Origin: a virus
Lineage: Duplodnaviria; Caudoviricetes
Length of the DNA stretch: 50,005 bases
Strand: one strand, 5' to 3'
Virus record (IMG/VR): IMGVR_UViG_3300028610_000159
Location: 1 to 50,005 of that record
Shown here: piece after piece, positions 36,778-46,616 of the stretch
How the letters are laid out: the number at the start of each line of letters is the position of its first letter
Position numbering within the stretch: the stretch's first letter is position 1
Notes under the pieces: model-generated
What the model saw: the letters and a program-made list of their open reading frames with translations, nothing else
What the model was told of the DNA's origin: nothing
The model's database searches: none
Program-made: the position numbers and the translations under genes

Positions 36778-38406
36778 ATGGCAGAGATACAATTAACACA
36801 ACCAACACAAGTAGGACCCGGCAGAGCCGGTGCTGTGAAGCAGCCGTTTTCACTTGCCGACCGGTCTGGACAAAGACAGTTGGGGCAAGCAATAGAACAG
36901 GTCGGAGGCGATCTTGAGCGCAGACTCACCGGTGCCAAGGCAGCGAATGAAGAAGCTGTATTCAGGGGTGTAACTGAAACCGAATTGACAGGGTATGATA
37001 ATTTCGTCAAAACAAATCCTAACGCGAGTCTGGATCAACTGAAAAAAGAACAAGAAGCCATGATGGGCAGGATAAAGACTGCAAGCAATGAATCTTCTAC
37101 GGGGATAGCCAAGCGAAACAATACAAACTGGCTTGCTGTAAACGAAGACCGTCTGAACAAAGAAGCTAAAGACAACATGATAGCCGTAAAGACACGGCAG
37201 GAAATCGACACCTACGATATTCTCCAGAAAATCAATATGGCAAATCTGGATAAGGGTGCTTATTCCAAACTTAAAAATGATATGGTTTCGCGCGGGCTGC
37301 TTAGTAAGGAAATTTACGACGCGCAAGAGGAGCTGGATCATAAAATCATTGATAATGCACTTGACAAGATTGAGGACAAGAGCAATGTTGACTTGGCATT
37401 GGGCCTTGCTTTGGGCCAGAGAGATGGATTTAATCGAATAGACATAAGTGAAGCTGAAAAGAGCATAGATAGTGATGGGAATCTGACATCTACTCAAAAA
37501 GTATCTGTCAAGAATACAGTGAGAGCAGAGAAAGCCGTAGAGGAAAGAAGGTTAGCCGCTAAAGAGAAAGGGCAGCAGACTGCCAATCAATCAACTATTC
37601 TAACGGACATAGCTAGAGGTGAGTTGACGGGTTCTCAGATAAGAACTAAGATGATTGAAGAATTACAAGTCAAGCCTGATGGAACAGTTGGCCTCACCCC
37701 CGCGATGTTCAGGGCATTAGACGCAGACTTAAATAAGTCACCGGAAATTGTTACGTCACTTGATACGAATATTTCAGTAAGAAGACTCATACAGGACGTG
37801 AAACTCGGTAAAGTATCACAGGATGAGGCAATCGCAAGGTACTCGGCTGTAGCATCCACTGTATCGCCAAACGACAGCGAGCAATTCCTTGACGATATAT
37901 TCAGGGCAGCAGAAACACCAAGGAACTCTGCGCAGAAAACTCTCGACGAGTCTGTGAGCAGGCATGTCAAACTACTCAGGGATAACATTGTAACTCCTGA
38001 TCCATTTGGACTAATTGACACTACTGGCATAAAGACTATATTTGCTGACGAGGCTGAAATTGAATTATTCGACCTGATGAGAGAGGGAGAGTTTACTGAA
38101 GATGACATAAAGAGAAATACCAATAATCTCATAAGGAAGTTTAGCGTTTCAACATCCGCTATTATTGCAGCACAAGCTGATAGAGCAATCACTCAGGCTC
38201 AAAACGTAGAACAGCAGGCCGCCGCTTATCAGTCGGCAATAGCTCAATTTGAAAAAATAGGTGATATAACGTCAGCAACCGAAGCAAGGACAGAAGCTCA
38301 AAGGAGAGGAATATTGACAGAAGATAACAAAGCAGGGAAAGGGAAAAAGAAAGATGATGGGAAAATTTCCATATTCCAAAGACTATTAAAGGCAAGGCCT
38401 AGATAA
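36778..38406 (+). CDS. Internal virion/ejection protein (gp15-like position)
   Basis: Helical; LGQAIEQVG N-terminal motif; precedes the largest ORF. Confidence 0.65.
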   Translation: MAEIQLTQPTQVGPGRAGAVKQPFSLADRSGQRQLGQAIEQVGGDLERRLTGAKAANEEAVFRGVTETELTGYDNFVKTNPNASLDQLKKEQEAMMGRIKTASNESSTGIAKRNNTNWLAVNEDRLNKEAKDNMIAVKTRQEIDTYDILQKINMANLDKGAYSKLKNDMVSRGLLSKEIYDAQEELDHKIIDNALDKIEDKSNVDLALGLALGQRDGFNRIDISEAEKSIDSDGNLTSTQKVSVKNTVRAEKAVEERRLAAKEKGQQTANQSTILTDIARGELTGSQIRTKMIEELQVKPDGTVGLTPAMFRALDADLNKSPEIVTSLDTNISVRRLIQDVKLGKVSQDEAIARYSAVASTVSPNDSEQFLDDIFRAAETPRNSAQKTLDESVSRHVKLLRDNIVTPDPFGLIDTTGIKTIFADEAEIELFDLMREGEFTEDDIKRNTNNLIRKFSVSTSAIIAAQADRAITQAQNVEQQAAAYQSAIAQFEKIGDITSATEARTEAQRRGILTEDNKAGKGKKKDDGKISIFQRLLKARPR

Positions 38407-41400
38407 TGGCAGAAATTGATTTAGAGAATGGAGTTAGTGCAAGACGATTGGCTAGTGATGAAATCTCGATTGACGAGGATATTATCATTGATGATCCTAT
38501 GCGAGACAGATTCGACACTGGTATTAGTGAATTAGTCGATCCATCAGAGGCACCAATAATAACCGACGAACAGATAGACGACTTGATTGTTCCTGCTCTT
38601 GCTGCGCCGATGTATACACCTCTTGTGGAAATGATGGATGTCCTTAATAGAAATCTATGGGATGTCAACAGGATAGAAAATGCGCAGAAGAGACTTGATA
38701 ACACATTGGTTCCTGATAAAATAAACCCTCCCGATCCTACGCAATTACAGAAAAATCTAAATGAATGGTGGGTAACAGAGGGTTTTCGGTACCCAAGATT
38801 TGTATTAGATGAAATAGGTATCACTGGTGGAATGGCACCAATATCGTTTTCGCAAGGGATAATAGAAGCTCAAAAAGAAAATGCACTTACTCAAGTCCAA
38901 ACTGTCAAAGAAGCTCTTGGCGTTGATGCGATAGGTGATCCGTTGCGGGGTGTCGTGGGCAGAGAATTTGAATCTGACTTAGCAATAGCAACAAAATTTA
39001 TATCACCGGACAGTGAGATAGAGGACAAGAAAGTTGAAGAGAAACTTGAAAGCTTTGATGACGAATCTATTGAAGCGATAAAACAAATTGTTGACAGTAA
39101 TGTGTCTATGTTCGATGAAGAGGTAGTGTCTGCTGTTAATTTTGAAGTCAATGTGAGAGACAAAGAAGAGAAGTTCTTGGAGTTCATGCAGGAGTCGTCT
39201 AAGAATATAGCTATTATCTTGTGGGGCACTGATTTCTTTAATAGGTTGGGGGCAGATATTCCTGAGTTTATCGACAGGAGCCAGGGCAAGGGCGATTTGT
39301 CGGAGAATCTTGAGGCCATATCAAGGATAAGGGCACAGGTAAGGGTTGCTGATCCCAGCTTGGCGATTGCGTTTACTGCTGGCTTTGGAAATACTGCCGC
39401 CGAATTGGTATTGTTTGCCTTGTTGCCAGATCCGGGGAAGATTACAGCTTTCGCAAGTCTATCTCCTGCTGCAAAATCAGCAATAGGGGTTGGCAGCAGA
39501 GCCGCATTTACTACGCTTCTCAAGGCACCTGAGGAAGATGAGACATTAGAACAAAGGGCAGCGGAGATGACAAAAGCAGGTATAGCCGGTGCGGTTACGG
39601 GTGCTGCGTTGAGTAAGATATTCGGAACTGCGAATAAGATTTTTGATAAGTTAAAAAATAAGAAGTTCTCAGAACAAGCAGATATAATGCTGGCGAACAA
39701 TCCGCAGATCACGAAAACAAAAGAAGAGTTGATCGAGATACTCAAATTCTTAAAGTCTAACGATGCTGCTAAGTTCAAAGATGCGATCAGTCTTAAGGAA
39801 TTGCGCATACCAGTGAAGGCGAGAGTAGTAAAAGGTGCCAGAATCGGCGCAGCTGAGATAGAGAAGCCTGCAAAGATTGTAAAGGCGGGTGTTGAAAAGG
39901 CTGTGAAGGGCATAGCCAAAACTAAAGAGGCTATTGCTGTGCAGGCGGCAAAGGAAGCTCTCAAGATAGCAAAAGGTGTGCCTGCCAAAGCTGTTCCTGT
40001 TGAGAAAGCAAAGCCAACAAAGATACTCACCATGAAAGAAGCTAAGACATTTGAGCAGTCTAATCTGGTGACAGGAGAAACAGGTGATGTGAGGATTGTA
40101 GCTGATCCGCCAACAATAGCAAATATTAAGACTGCCGAAAAGAAAATAGCCACGCTCAAGACTCAGAGGAATCAACTTGCAGCAGATAAAAAGCAGGCAT
40201 TATCCAAGGCCCGTGGGATAGCGAAAGCACAAGTAGGTAAAGCTAAGGCCGTAGAGATAGAAAAGAAGGCTAAAGCAGTTGGAGCCGAAAAGGAGAGGAA
40301 GATAAAAGCAATCGAAGTAGAGATTGCAAAGAAACAAGTTTCGATTGCCACGCTAAAAGAAAAGTTCGGTATCAAACTGGAAACAACTATCGAAGGATTT
40401 AGGGCGAAGATAGATAAGATCAATGCCGCCACCGAGTTCAAAGAAGAATTACGGGACGATGCTATATCTATGGTTCAGGCCATACCGAAAGAATTACAGC
40501 CCAATTTCCTCAAGAGAGCCACTGATATAGGGAAACAGAAACAAAAACCTGAAACGTCATTAAAGAAAGTCTTTAAACTCAATGACGAGATAAGGGCTGG
40601 TGTAGAGAAGTTCGGGCAAAGGCAGGAAATTAAAAACGCAAAAGATTTCGTTAAGAGATTATTCAAAAAACACAGGCTTGGAAACCAACCTCTAGGTAAG
40701 TTACCGGAACCGCAAAGGAGCCAGATTCTTGATATAGTTAATAATACTGATTTCAAGAAACTCACAGAAGCAAAAGAGATTTCTCTGAAAGCAAGCCAGG
40801 CCCATTTCAAAAAGATGGCTGGTCAGATTGCCAGTGGGTTTGAATCTCTCGACGCAGAAGAATTGAAAGACTTGCAATTACCTCGCAAGTTATCTCAGGA
40901 GTTACGTAGACTTGAACAGAAGACAGTCGCCGACATGACTACTTCTGACATAAGGGCTATATACGACTCGCTTATGGCATTGGCGAAACAAGCCGAACTG
41001 AAAGGTAAACTTTTAACCAAAGAGGGACTGAAACCGCTTTCTGATATAGATGTAGAAAAAGAGGTATCGCCGAAGCCGTCAGCAATTAAAAAAGCTCAGG
41101 AACCAATAGAACGAGAAAAGAAAACTGGCCTTGTAGCTGGAGCAAAACGAACCGGTGGTTTGGTGAGAAGATTCGTATCCGTCGATAATTACAAACTTGA
41201 CACGTTGGCTGATATATCTACCACAAATGAATCTAAAGGGATCGTAAAGATATTAGATACCGATTTGCATTCTGGACAAAGAGATATGGCTGCTAATCAA
41301 TTGGCTATGTCTCAGATCATGGAAGAGGGATTCAGTAAGGCCGGACTTAAAAATGTAAATCAATTAAGCAAGAAGAAGACCACTGGAAAACTCGCAAACC

Positions 41401-43571
41401 AGAAAGTGAAACTTACCGACGATATGCTATTATCGCTGGAACTGGCTACGCGGGACGAAAATTACTTAGATGCAATTGGGCGACTGGAGGGTTGGGATAT
41501 AGATGGAAAGATTATAAGGTACCCGGTAGATTGGGGGTTTGCCGAGAAGATAGCTGAGATGAATAAACTCTTAAATGACACTAGGTCAGATGATATGCTG
41601 GTAGCGTTGGCAGATTTCACTAATCAGTTATCGAATGGTCCGTTTAAGAGTCTCATTAACGAAGCTTCCAACGCTCTTGTAGGCCACGACATAGCGAGGA
41701 TAAAGAATCAATGGCCTCGTCCTCGTACTGGCAAGCTGAGCGTTTCAGGCGCAAAGGATATTTCTGTTGCCCCAGAACAAAGAAGTATTTTGCAACCTCG
41801 GATCGGAAGCTCGAAGCCAATTCAACTTAATCCGTGGTCTGAAACTGTTTTGGGATCAATGGAAACAATAACTCATTTTAACGGCATGGCGATACCATTA
41901 AGGAATGCAAGGGCACTCGTAAGCTCGCAGGGTTTTCAGGATGCGATGATTTCTGCTGATAGAGAAGAAGAGTTGAGGAACATGATAACCCTTATCAGGA
42001 GGATACAAGGCTCTCAAACCAGCCGAGAAGTAGTAGAAGTTCTTGGCTCTAAGGTTAGGAATCTGTTTACTGTTCAGGTTTTAGGCTTCAGAGTTAGCAC
42101 AACAGGCACGCAGGCTATGTCAAACCCAATGTTCTTTGCAGTCACAAGAACTGTTTCTGTGGTTCCGAGGCTAACGATATCAGAGGCCATAAAGAGATTG
42201 AAAGAAGATTCGCCTCCGATAAATCTCAGATGGAGAGGGCGAAGGATTGGAGCAGAGATAGGTGCGATAGCGTCTCAGGAAACATTTGATTTATTGATCT
42301 TCGGCAAGTCAACAATTTTTTCGGGCAATGTGGCTATGGCTCAGCATGTAAAAGGCGATCAGGTTGCTATCGCTATAGGATACATTCATAACATAATCCC
42401 TGAAATTCTAAATAAGCCGAGAAACGGCAAGAATATTTCCCTGGAAGAGTGGGATGGGAATAATGTTGCCGATTTGCCAGAGATGAAAGATATAGATTCC
42501 AGAGAATTTCGAGAAGCCGCTGCACTTAGAACTGAATATGCAACACGAAAAGGACAGCCGATGTTTGATGTTCTCGACAGGTCAGTTAATCTATCGAGTC
42601 CAAGTCCGTTAGTAAGAATGGTGACGATGTTCAGGTCGGCATTAGAGGCTCAGCAAAATTTGTTAGTGTCTGAGTTGAGTAGATACAATAAAATAAAGAA
42701 TCCAACACTTAATGATAGAAAGAGATTGTGGGCGGCTCTATCTGCCGTAGTCGTATCAGCCGCACTTGTAGCAATCTGGAAAAAATCGTTCAAATGGGGC
42801 GTGAGGTTTGGCTCGAAGAAAGTTAAGGAGCAGCTTGGAATATTCCAGTTTGACGAAAAGAAAGATATTGAAACAGTCGTCACCGAGATAGGCAAGGACA
42901 CGGCGAAGAATCTCGTCAATGTAAGTCCTGCTGGTAAAATCATAGTGGCCGTAGGAGAGAAGATAGCCAACAGAGTTGCACCGGATGGTTACAATTGGAA
43001 CCGGGAGCCTTGGACAGACCCGATGTTAGATTTCGTAGTTAATGCAAGGGATGGGATTGCTGCAATTGCAGACTCAACATTTGATGTGACAAGATTGGAT
43101 AACTTCGTAGAAGATATTACTCCCGAAGACATTAAATTTAACGAAGAACTTGCCGAAGAAATAGCAGGCGACTTCATGGAAGCCATTGAATTTACGCTTG
43201 ATATGGGAACGACATTGCTGAAGACGCCAGTAAAGGCTCCATTACAGGAATTTGTTAAGCCCGTATTCAGAGACAGTCAGATTAAAATTATAAGAGAAGT
43301 TGGTTTCAGCGACGTTGATGATCCTCAAGAGTTTTCCCAGAGAGTATTTGATTTGTATGAGAGAAGATCAGAGTTGAGGCAAAAGTCAAAAACAGAAAGG
43401 CTGTCTGATCAGGAACAAAGAGATTTGAAGTGGTTAGATAAATTCGCGACCAAAAGCAATTCCGCTGCCGACTCAGCTAGAGATGCAGAAACAGAAAGCA
43501 TGAGGCATATTTTGTTTGGACAAATGGAAACATTGTTGGATTTAACAGAGAGCGTGATTAGCGATATTTAA
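38406..43571 (+). CDS. Large internal virion/DNA-ejection protein (gp16-like position)
   Basis: 1721 aa; helical, with hydrophobic segments and a K/A-rich region. Confidence 0.7.
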   Translation: MAEIDLENGVSARRLASDEISIDEDIIIDDPMRDRFDTGISELVDPSEAPIITDEQIDDLIVPALAAPMYTPLVEMMDVLNRNLWDVNRIENAQKRLDNTLVPDKINPPDPTQLQKNLNEWWVTEGFRYPRFVLDEIGITGGMAPISFSQGIIEAQKENALTQVQTVKEALGVDAIGDPLRGVVGREFESDLAIATKFISPDSEIEDKKVEEKLESFDDESIEAIKQIVDSNVSMFDEEVVSAVNFEVNVRDKEEKFLEFMQESSKNIAIILWGTDFFNRLGADIPEFIDRSQGKGDLSENLEAISRIRAQVRVADPSLAIAFTAGFGNTAAELVLFALLPDPGKITAFASLSPAAKSAIGVGSRAAFTTLLKAPEEDETLEQRAAEMTKAGIAGAVTGAALSKIFGTANKIFDKLKNKKFSEQADIMLANNPQITKTKEELIEILKFLKSNDAAKFKDAISLKELRIPVKARVVKGARIGAAEIEKPAKIVKAGVEKAVKGIAKTKEAIAVQAAKEALKIAKGVPAKAVPVEKAKPTKILTMKEAKTFEQSNLVTGETGDVRIVADPPTIANIKTAEKKIATLKTQRNQLAADKKQALSKARGIAKAQVGKAKAVEIEKKAKAVGAEKERKIKAIEVEIAKKQVSIATLKEKFGIKLETTIEGFRAKIDKINAATEFKEELRDDAISMVQAIPKELQPNFLKRATDIGKQKQKPETSLKKVFKLNDEIRAGVEKFGQRQEIKNAKDFVKRLFKKHRLGNQPLGKLPEPQRSQILDIVNNTDFKKLTEAKEISLKASQAHFKKMAGQIASGFESLDAEELKDLQLPRKLSQELRRLEQKTVADMTTSDIRAIYDSLMALAKQAELKGKLLTKEGLKPLSDIDVEKEVSPKPSAIKKAQEPIEREKKTGLVAGAKRTGGLVRRFVSVDNYKLDTLADISTTNESKGIVKILDTDLHSGQRDMAANQLAMSQIMEEGFSKAGLKNVNQLSKKKTTGKLANQKVKLTDDMLLSLELATRDENYLDAIGRLEGWDIDGKIIRYPVDWGFAEKIAEMNKLLNDTRSDDMLVALADFTNQLSNGPFKSLINEASNALVGHDIARIKNQWPRPRTGKLSVSGAKDISVAPEQRSILQPRIGSSKPIQLNPWSETVLGSMETITHFNGMAIPLRNARALVSSQGFQDAMISADREEELRNMITLIRRIQGSQTSREVVEVLGSKVRNLFTVQVLGFRVSTTGTQAMSNPMFFAVTRTVSVVPRLTISEAIKRLKEDSPPINLRWRGRRIGAEIGAIASQETFDLLIFGKSTIFSGNVAMAQHVKGDQVAIAIGYIHNIIPEILNKPRNGKNISLEEWDGNNVADLPEMKDIDSREFREAAALRTEYATRKGQPMFDVLDRSVNLSSPSPLVRMVTMFRSALEAQQNLLVSELSRYNKIKNPTLNDRKRLWAALSAVVVSAALVAIWKKSFKWGVRFGSKKVKEQLGIFQFDEKKDIETVVTEIGKDTAKNLVNVSPAGKIIVAVGEKIANRVAPDGYNWNREPWTDPMLDFVVNARDGIAAIADSTFDVTRLDNFVEDITPEDIKFNEELAEEIAGDFMEAIEFTLDMGTTLLKTPVKAPLQEFVKPVFRDSQIKIIREVGFSDVDDPQEFSQRVFDLYERRSELRQKSKTERLSDQEQRDLKWLDKFATKSNSAADSARDAETESMRHILFGQMETLLDLTESVISDI

Positions 43572-43584
43572 TAAGGAGAACAGC

Positions 43585-44025
43585 ATGGCAAAAGAACAAT
43601 GGAAAAAGGTGGGAGTAATCGCGGCCGTTATAGGGTTGTTAATAACACTGGTGGTTACTGTTACGACAGTGGCATATACAAGCGGCGGGGGTGTGGCTGA
43701 AGTTAAGGGGGATATAAAGAATGTAAAAGAGAATGCCGTAGAGGACAGGGAGGCTATGGTTAAGCTTGAAGGGCGAACAACAAAACTGGAAGTAGAGGCC
43801 AATGAAAGCAAATTAAGGGATGCCCGCACCGCAGTTCAGTATACAAATATCGAATCGTATATGCGAAACGAATCAGACAGGACTAAAGAGATTGCCAGTG
43901 ACCTCAAAGAATATCGTAAGGAACATGAGGCCCAAGTGGAGTCAAACCGGAAAGAACAGCAGTCCCGAACTGAGGCTATAATAAAAATACAGGCACAAAT
44001 TGATAATCTCGAAAGGGTAGACTGA
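43585..44025 (+). CDS. Membrane protein with coiled coil, possibly lysis-related
   Basis: N-terminal TM VGVIAAVIGLLITLVVTV; AAGGAG RBS. Confidence 0.6.
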   Translation: MAKEQWKKVGVIAAVIGLLITLVVTVTTVAYTSGGGVAEVKGDIKNVKENAVEDREAMVKLEGRTTKLEVEANESKLRDARTAVQYTNIESYMRNESDRTKEIASDLKEYRKEHEAQVESNRKEQQSRTEAIIKIQAQIDNLERVD

Positions 44026-44114
44026 TGGCGAAAAAAACGCAAGTGCGCAAAAAGAAGAAATCCGGGGTACGAAGAAAGAAGAAATCCGGCGTCAGGCCAA
44101 AGAAGAAATCTTAA
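44025..44114 (+). CDS. Protamine/histone-tail-like 29-aa peptide (not in ORF track)
   Basis: MAKKTQVRKKKKSGVRRKKKSGVRPKKKS; TGATG coupling; 24-nt period repeat. Confidence 0.65.
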   Translation: MAKKTQVRKKKKSGVRRKKKSGVRPKKKS

Positions 44115-44256
44115 AATAACCAGCCCCTTATTTTAATTTCTGCATGTTTGTTAAATTTATTTTAACTCAAATCCCCATTTCCCGCCCGCAAACCATGTCC
44201 AGATATGCGCCTCTGAGTCCATTCGTGCTATTCTGGGATATATTCTGAAAAAGAAT

Positions 44257-44411
44257 TTGACATTCGCCCAATCTGTGTTAAGCTATGAATAATGCTTTAC
44301 TCGACATTGACATCAAGTTCCGATAAACCAAAACAAGCCCCTGCTTTGCGCTCAGTTAATGTCGAGTTCACCGGGCCGAGCAGGGGCGATATTGAAGGGA
44401 AAGAGATATGA
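44257..44411 (+). promoter_or_regulatory. Promoter plus leader attenuator-like element 4
   Basis: TTGACA-16-TAAGCT with TG; ATG 44292; 44299-311 pairs with 44355-67 inside gcccctgct/agcaggggc; leader stop overlaps the downstream ATG. Confidence 0.7.
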
Positions 44412-45679
44412 AGTGGATTAAATGTTCCAATAAAATAGAGATAGAGCCAAACGCTTTCAAACTGATAGGGGCGTGTACTAAAAGAGAGGATGAGTCCAAG
44501 ATAGGCTTCTTTGGCTCTGGTTTGAAGTATGCTCTTGCCGTGTTTTTGAGGAATGGCATTGACATCAAAGTATTTGCAGGCAAGCAAGAGATTTCAATAG
44601 GTTGCGTTACGGACAGGCTGAGAGATCAAGAATTTGATGTAATTACTATAGATGGCGACAAAACATCCATGACAACCTCTATGGGACCTAAATGGGAACC
44701 GTGGCAGGCTATACGGGAAGTCTATTGTAACGCATTAGACGAAGGAGGGACCGCCAAAGTAGGCACATGCGAACCTTGTGGTATAGGGGGCGAAACTAAT
44801 ATCTTTATAAGCGCAGAGCATGAAGAAGTCGCTGAGGTTACAGATAATTGGGATAAATACTTTAGCTTCAACCGCGTAGCTTTAGCTGAGTGTGATCATG
44901 GTGCAATCTACGATAGGCTCTATGGTACCGTTTACCGCAAAGGTATTAGATGCGTAAAAGATGATATTACACGTACGCTGTTTGATTACGAAACGTCTAA
45001 AGTAGAACTTAACGAGTCCAGAGTCATAGATAGTCCGTACAGTTTGCCTTTGTATATGTGTAGGGTTCTCGCCAAGAGTGCAGACCAGAGTGTAATTGAC
45101 AAAATCGTTAAAGACAGGGTATCTAAAGAATTCCAAGCAGATTGGGACTATTCTTCGATTGAGTTGAATGGTGAGTGGTTGAAATACTTTGAAGGAAAAA
45201 TTCTCATACCTGAATCTTTCGCAGGACACTTTAGCGTATTAGTAGAGGACGAAAACTCTGTTATTATTAAAAGAAGTCTCATTCTGAAATTGCAAAAGAC
45301 ATTTGGCAAAGAAAAGTTTCGTGCTGTAATGTCAGGTTATTGTGCCGGAAGCGACTATGTAGAATCGAAACCTGACAGGAAACGAGATTACTTACTGAAA
45401 GAAGCAAAGAGTTTTCTGGATCAAGTAGGCTTAAATTGTACGTATGAGTGCAAGATAGTTTCATTTTCATCTAAGAAAATCATTGGCGCAGCCCATGAAG
45501 GTTTAATCTTATTATCTGAAACGCTGTTCGATAAAGGGAAACGGCAAATTGTTCTGGTTATCATGGAAGAATGGGCACATCTTGAGTCGGGCAAAGGAGA
45601 CGAGACGAGAGACTTTCAAAACTTCCTCATGGAACAAATGCTGACCTTACTTGAAAATCAACATGGAGTATTCTTGTAG
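44408..45679 (+). CDS. Circularly permuted GHKL-type ATPase with C-terminal zincin-like motif
   Basis: STK-like CTKR..IGFFGSGLK precedes AIREVYCNALDE; C-terminal MEEWAH. Confidence 0.7.
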   Translation: MKWIKCSNKIEIEPNAFKLIGACTKREDESKIGFFGSGLKYALAVFLRNGIDIKVFAGKQEISIGCVTDRLRDQEFDVITIDGDKTSMTTSMGPKWEPWQAIREVYCNALDEGGTAKVGTCEPCGIGGETNIFISAEHEEVAEVTDNWDKYFSFNRVALAECDHGAIYDRLYGTVYRKGIRCVKDDITRTLFDYETSKVELNESRVIDSPYSLPLYMCRVLAKSADQSVIDKIVKDRVSKEFQADWDYSSIELNGEWLKYFEGKILIPESFAGHFSVLVEDENSVIIKRSLILKLQKTFGKEKFRAVMSGYCAGSDYVESKPDRKRDYLLKEAKSFLDQVGLNCTYECKIVSFSSKKIIGAAHEGLILLSETLFDKGKRQIVLVIMEEWAHLESGKGDETRDFQNFLMEQMLTLLENQHGVFL

Positions 45680-45691
45680 GAGAATAATAAT

Positions 45692-45818
45692 ATGTACGGC
45701 ATAAGACATTCATTTCTGGAAACTCTCGTCCGAGAGGTCTCCCTCCTTTTTCAAAACCAATGCAATGTCAAGGCCCCGATCCGGTCTTATGCCGACTGCG
45801 GATCGGGGCTACTTTATT
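45692..45818 (+). promoter_or_regulatory. Leader attenuator-like element 5
   Basis: AGGAG and ATG 45692; cggcataagac (45697-707) is complementary to gtcttatgccg (45784-94) in the loop of gccccgatccg/cggatcggggc. Confidence 0.7.
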
Positions 45819-45827
45819 GGAGATATT

Positions 45828-45980
45828 ATGCAAACAATACAAGTAACAGATAAACGACACGAACTAATTACAGCCGAGGCGAAACGACAGGGGATCACTC
45901 GTAGAAAGTTGGTATCAAATTTCACCTCTTCTCTCACTACCCGTAAAAGTTTGAAAAAGTGGCTCCGTGAATACTCGTAA
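45828..45980 (+). CDS. Small RHH-like DNA-binding protein
   Basis: MQTIQVTDKRHELITAEAKRQGITRRKLV; GGAG RBS. Confidence 0.55.
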   Translation: MQTIQVTDKRHELITAEAKRQGITRRKLVSNFTSSLTTRKSLKKWLREYS

Positions 45981-46082
45981 ACAAACTGAACAGAAACGCT
46001 TAAAAGGCAAGCCTCGCAAGTGGTACGCGGTGCAGCGGTACTGTCCTAATTGGGCTTTTAGGACTATGAAAGGAATAAGATA

Positions 46083-46616
46083 ATGAAAGACAAATGCGAA
46101 GATATAATTCCTGTTTATGAGTTCAGGCCTCTACCGCAAGACGTTGAAGGCATATTGCGATACAACAACGGGGAGTGGCTAGAAGATGATGGCGAATATG
46201 ATATTGCTTTCGCTAATCCTATTGATGGCAGGGCTTATATGTTTCAAGTTCCATATCGCAAAGGAATTCTTTGGTCGTGGGTCAAGGATGGCAAATGGGG
46301 CGCATTCGTGGCCGAACACCCCAGAGGGAATGCGTGGCATTATATGCTTCGTGAGGGCGAAACCGAATGGGGGAAGTCATGGCCTCGATATAACCATGTG
46401 AATCACAAAGCTGGAAAAAAGGCAATGAGTCGCGGCATCAAGGATAGATGTTCTTGCAGTGGGTCGGGGCCGGAGTTCCACATAAACGACCCCTACATAG
46501 CTGCTGGACTGCTTAGGGTTAAGGACACGAAAGAGACAATCGTATTCCCCGAAGTATTCAAGTGCATGTACTGTGGTGATATAGACTGGCGAGAAGAAGA
46601 TCAGGAGCTAACATGA
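46083..46616 (+). CDS. Hypothetical protein
   Basis: AAGG RBS; C-terminal CSC...CMYC. Confidence 0.6.
   Translation: MKDKCEDIIPVYEFRPLPQDVEGILRYNNGEWLEDDGEYDIAFANPIDGRAYMFQVPYRKGILWSWVKDGKWGAFVAEHPRGNAWHYMLREGETEWGKSWPRYNHVNHKAGKKAMSRGIKDRCSCSGSGPEFHINDPYIAAGLLRVKDTKETIVFPEVFKCMYCGDIDWREEDQELT

Noticed and set aside
38891-40159. 422-aa antisense ORF, and other long minus-strand ORFs over the structural genes
   Set aside because: Shadows of biased codon usage in the plus-strand genes; no recognisable motifs.
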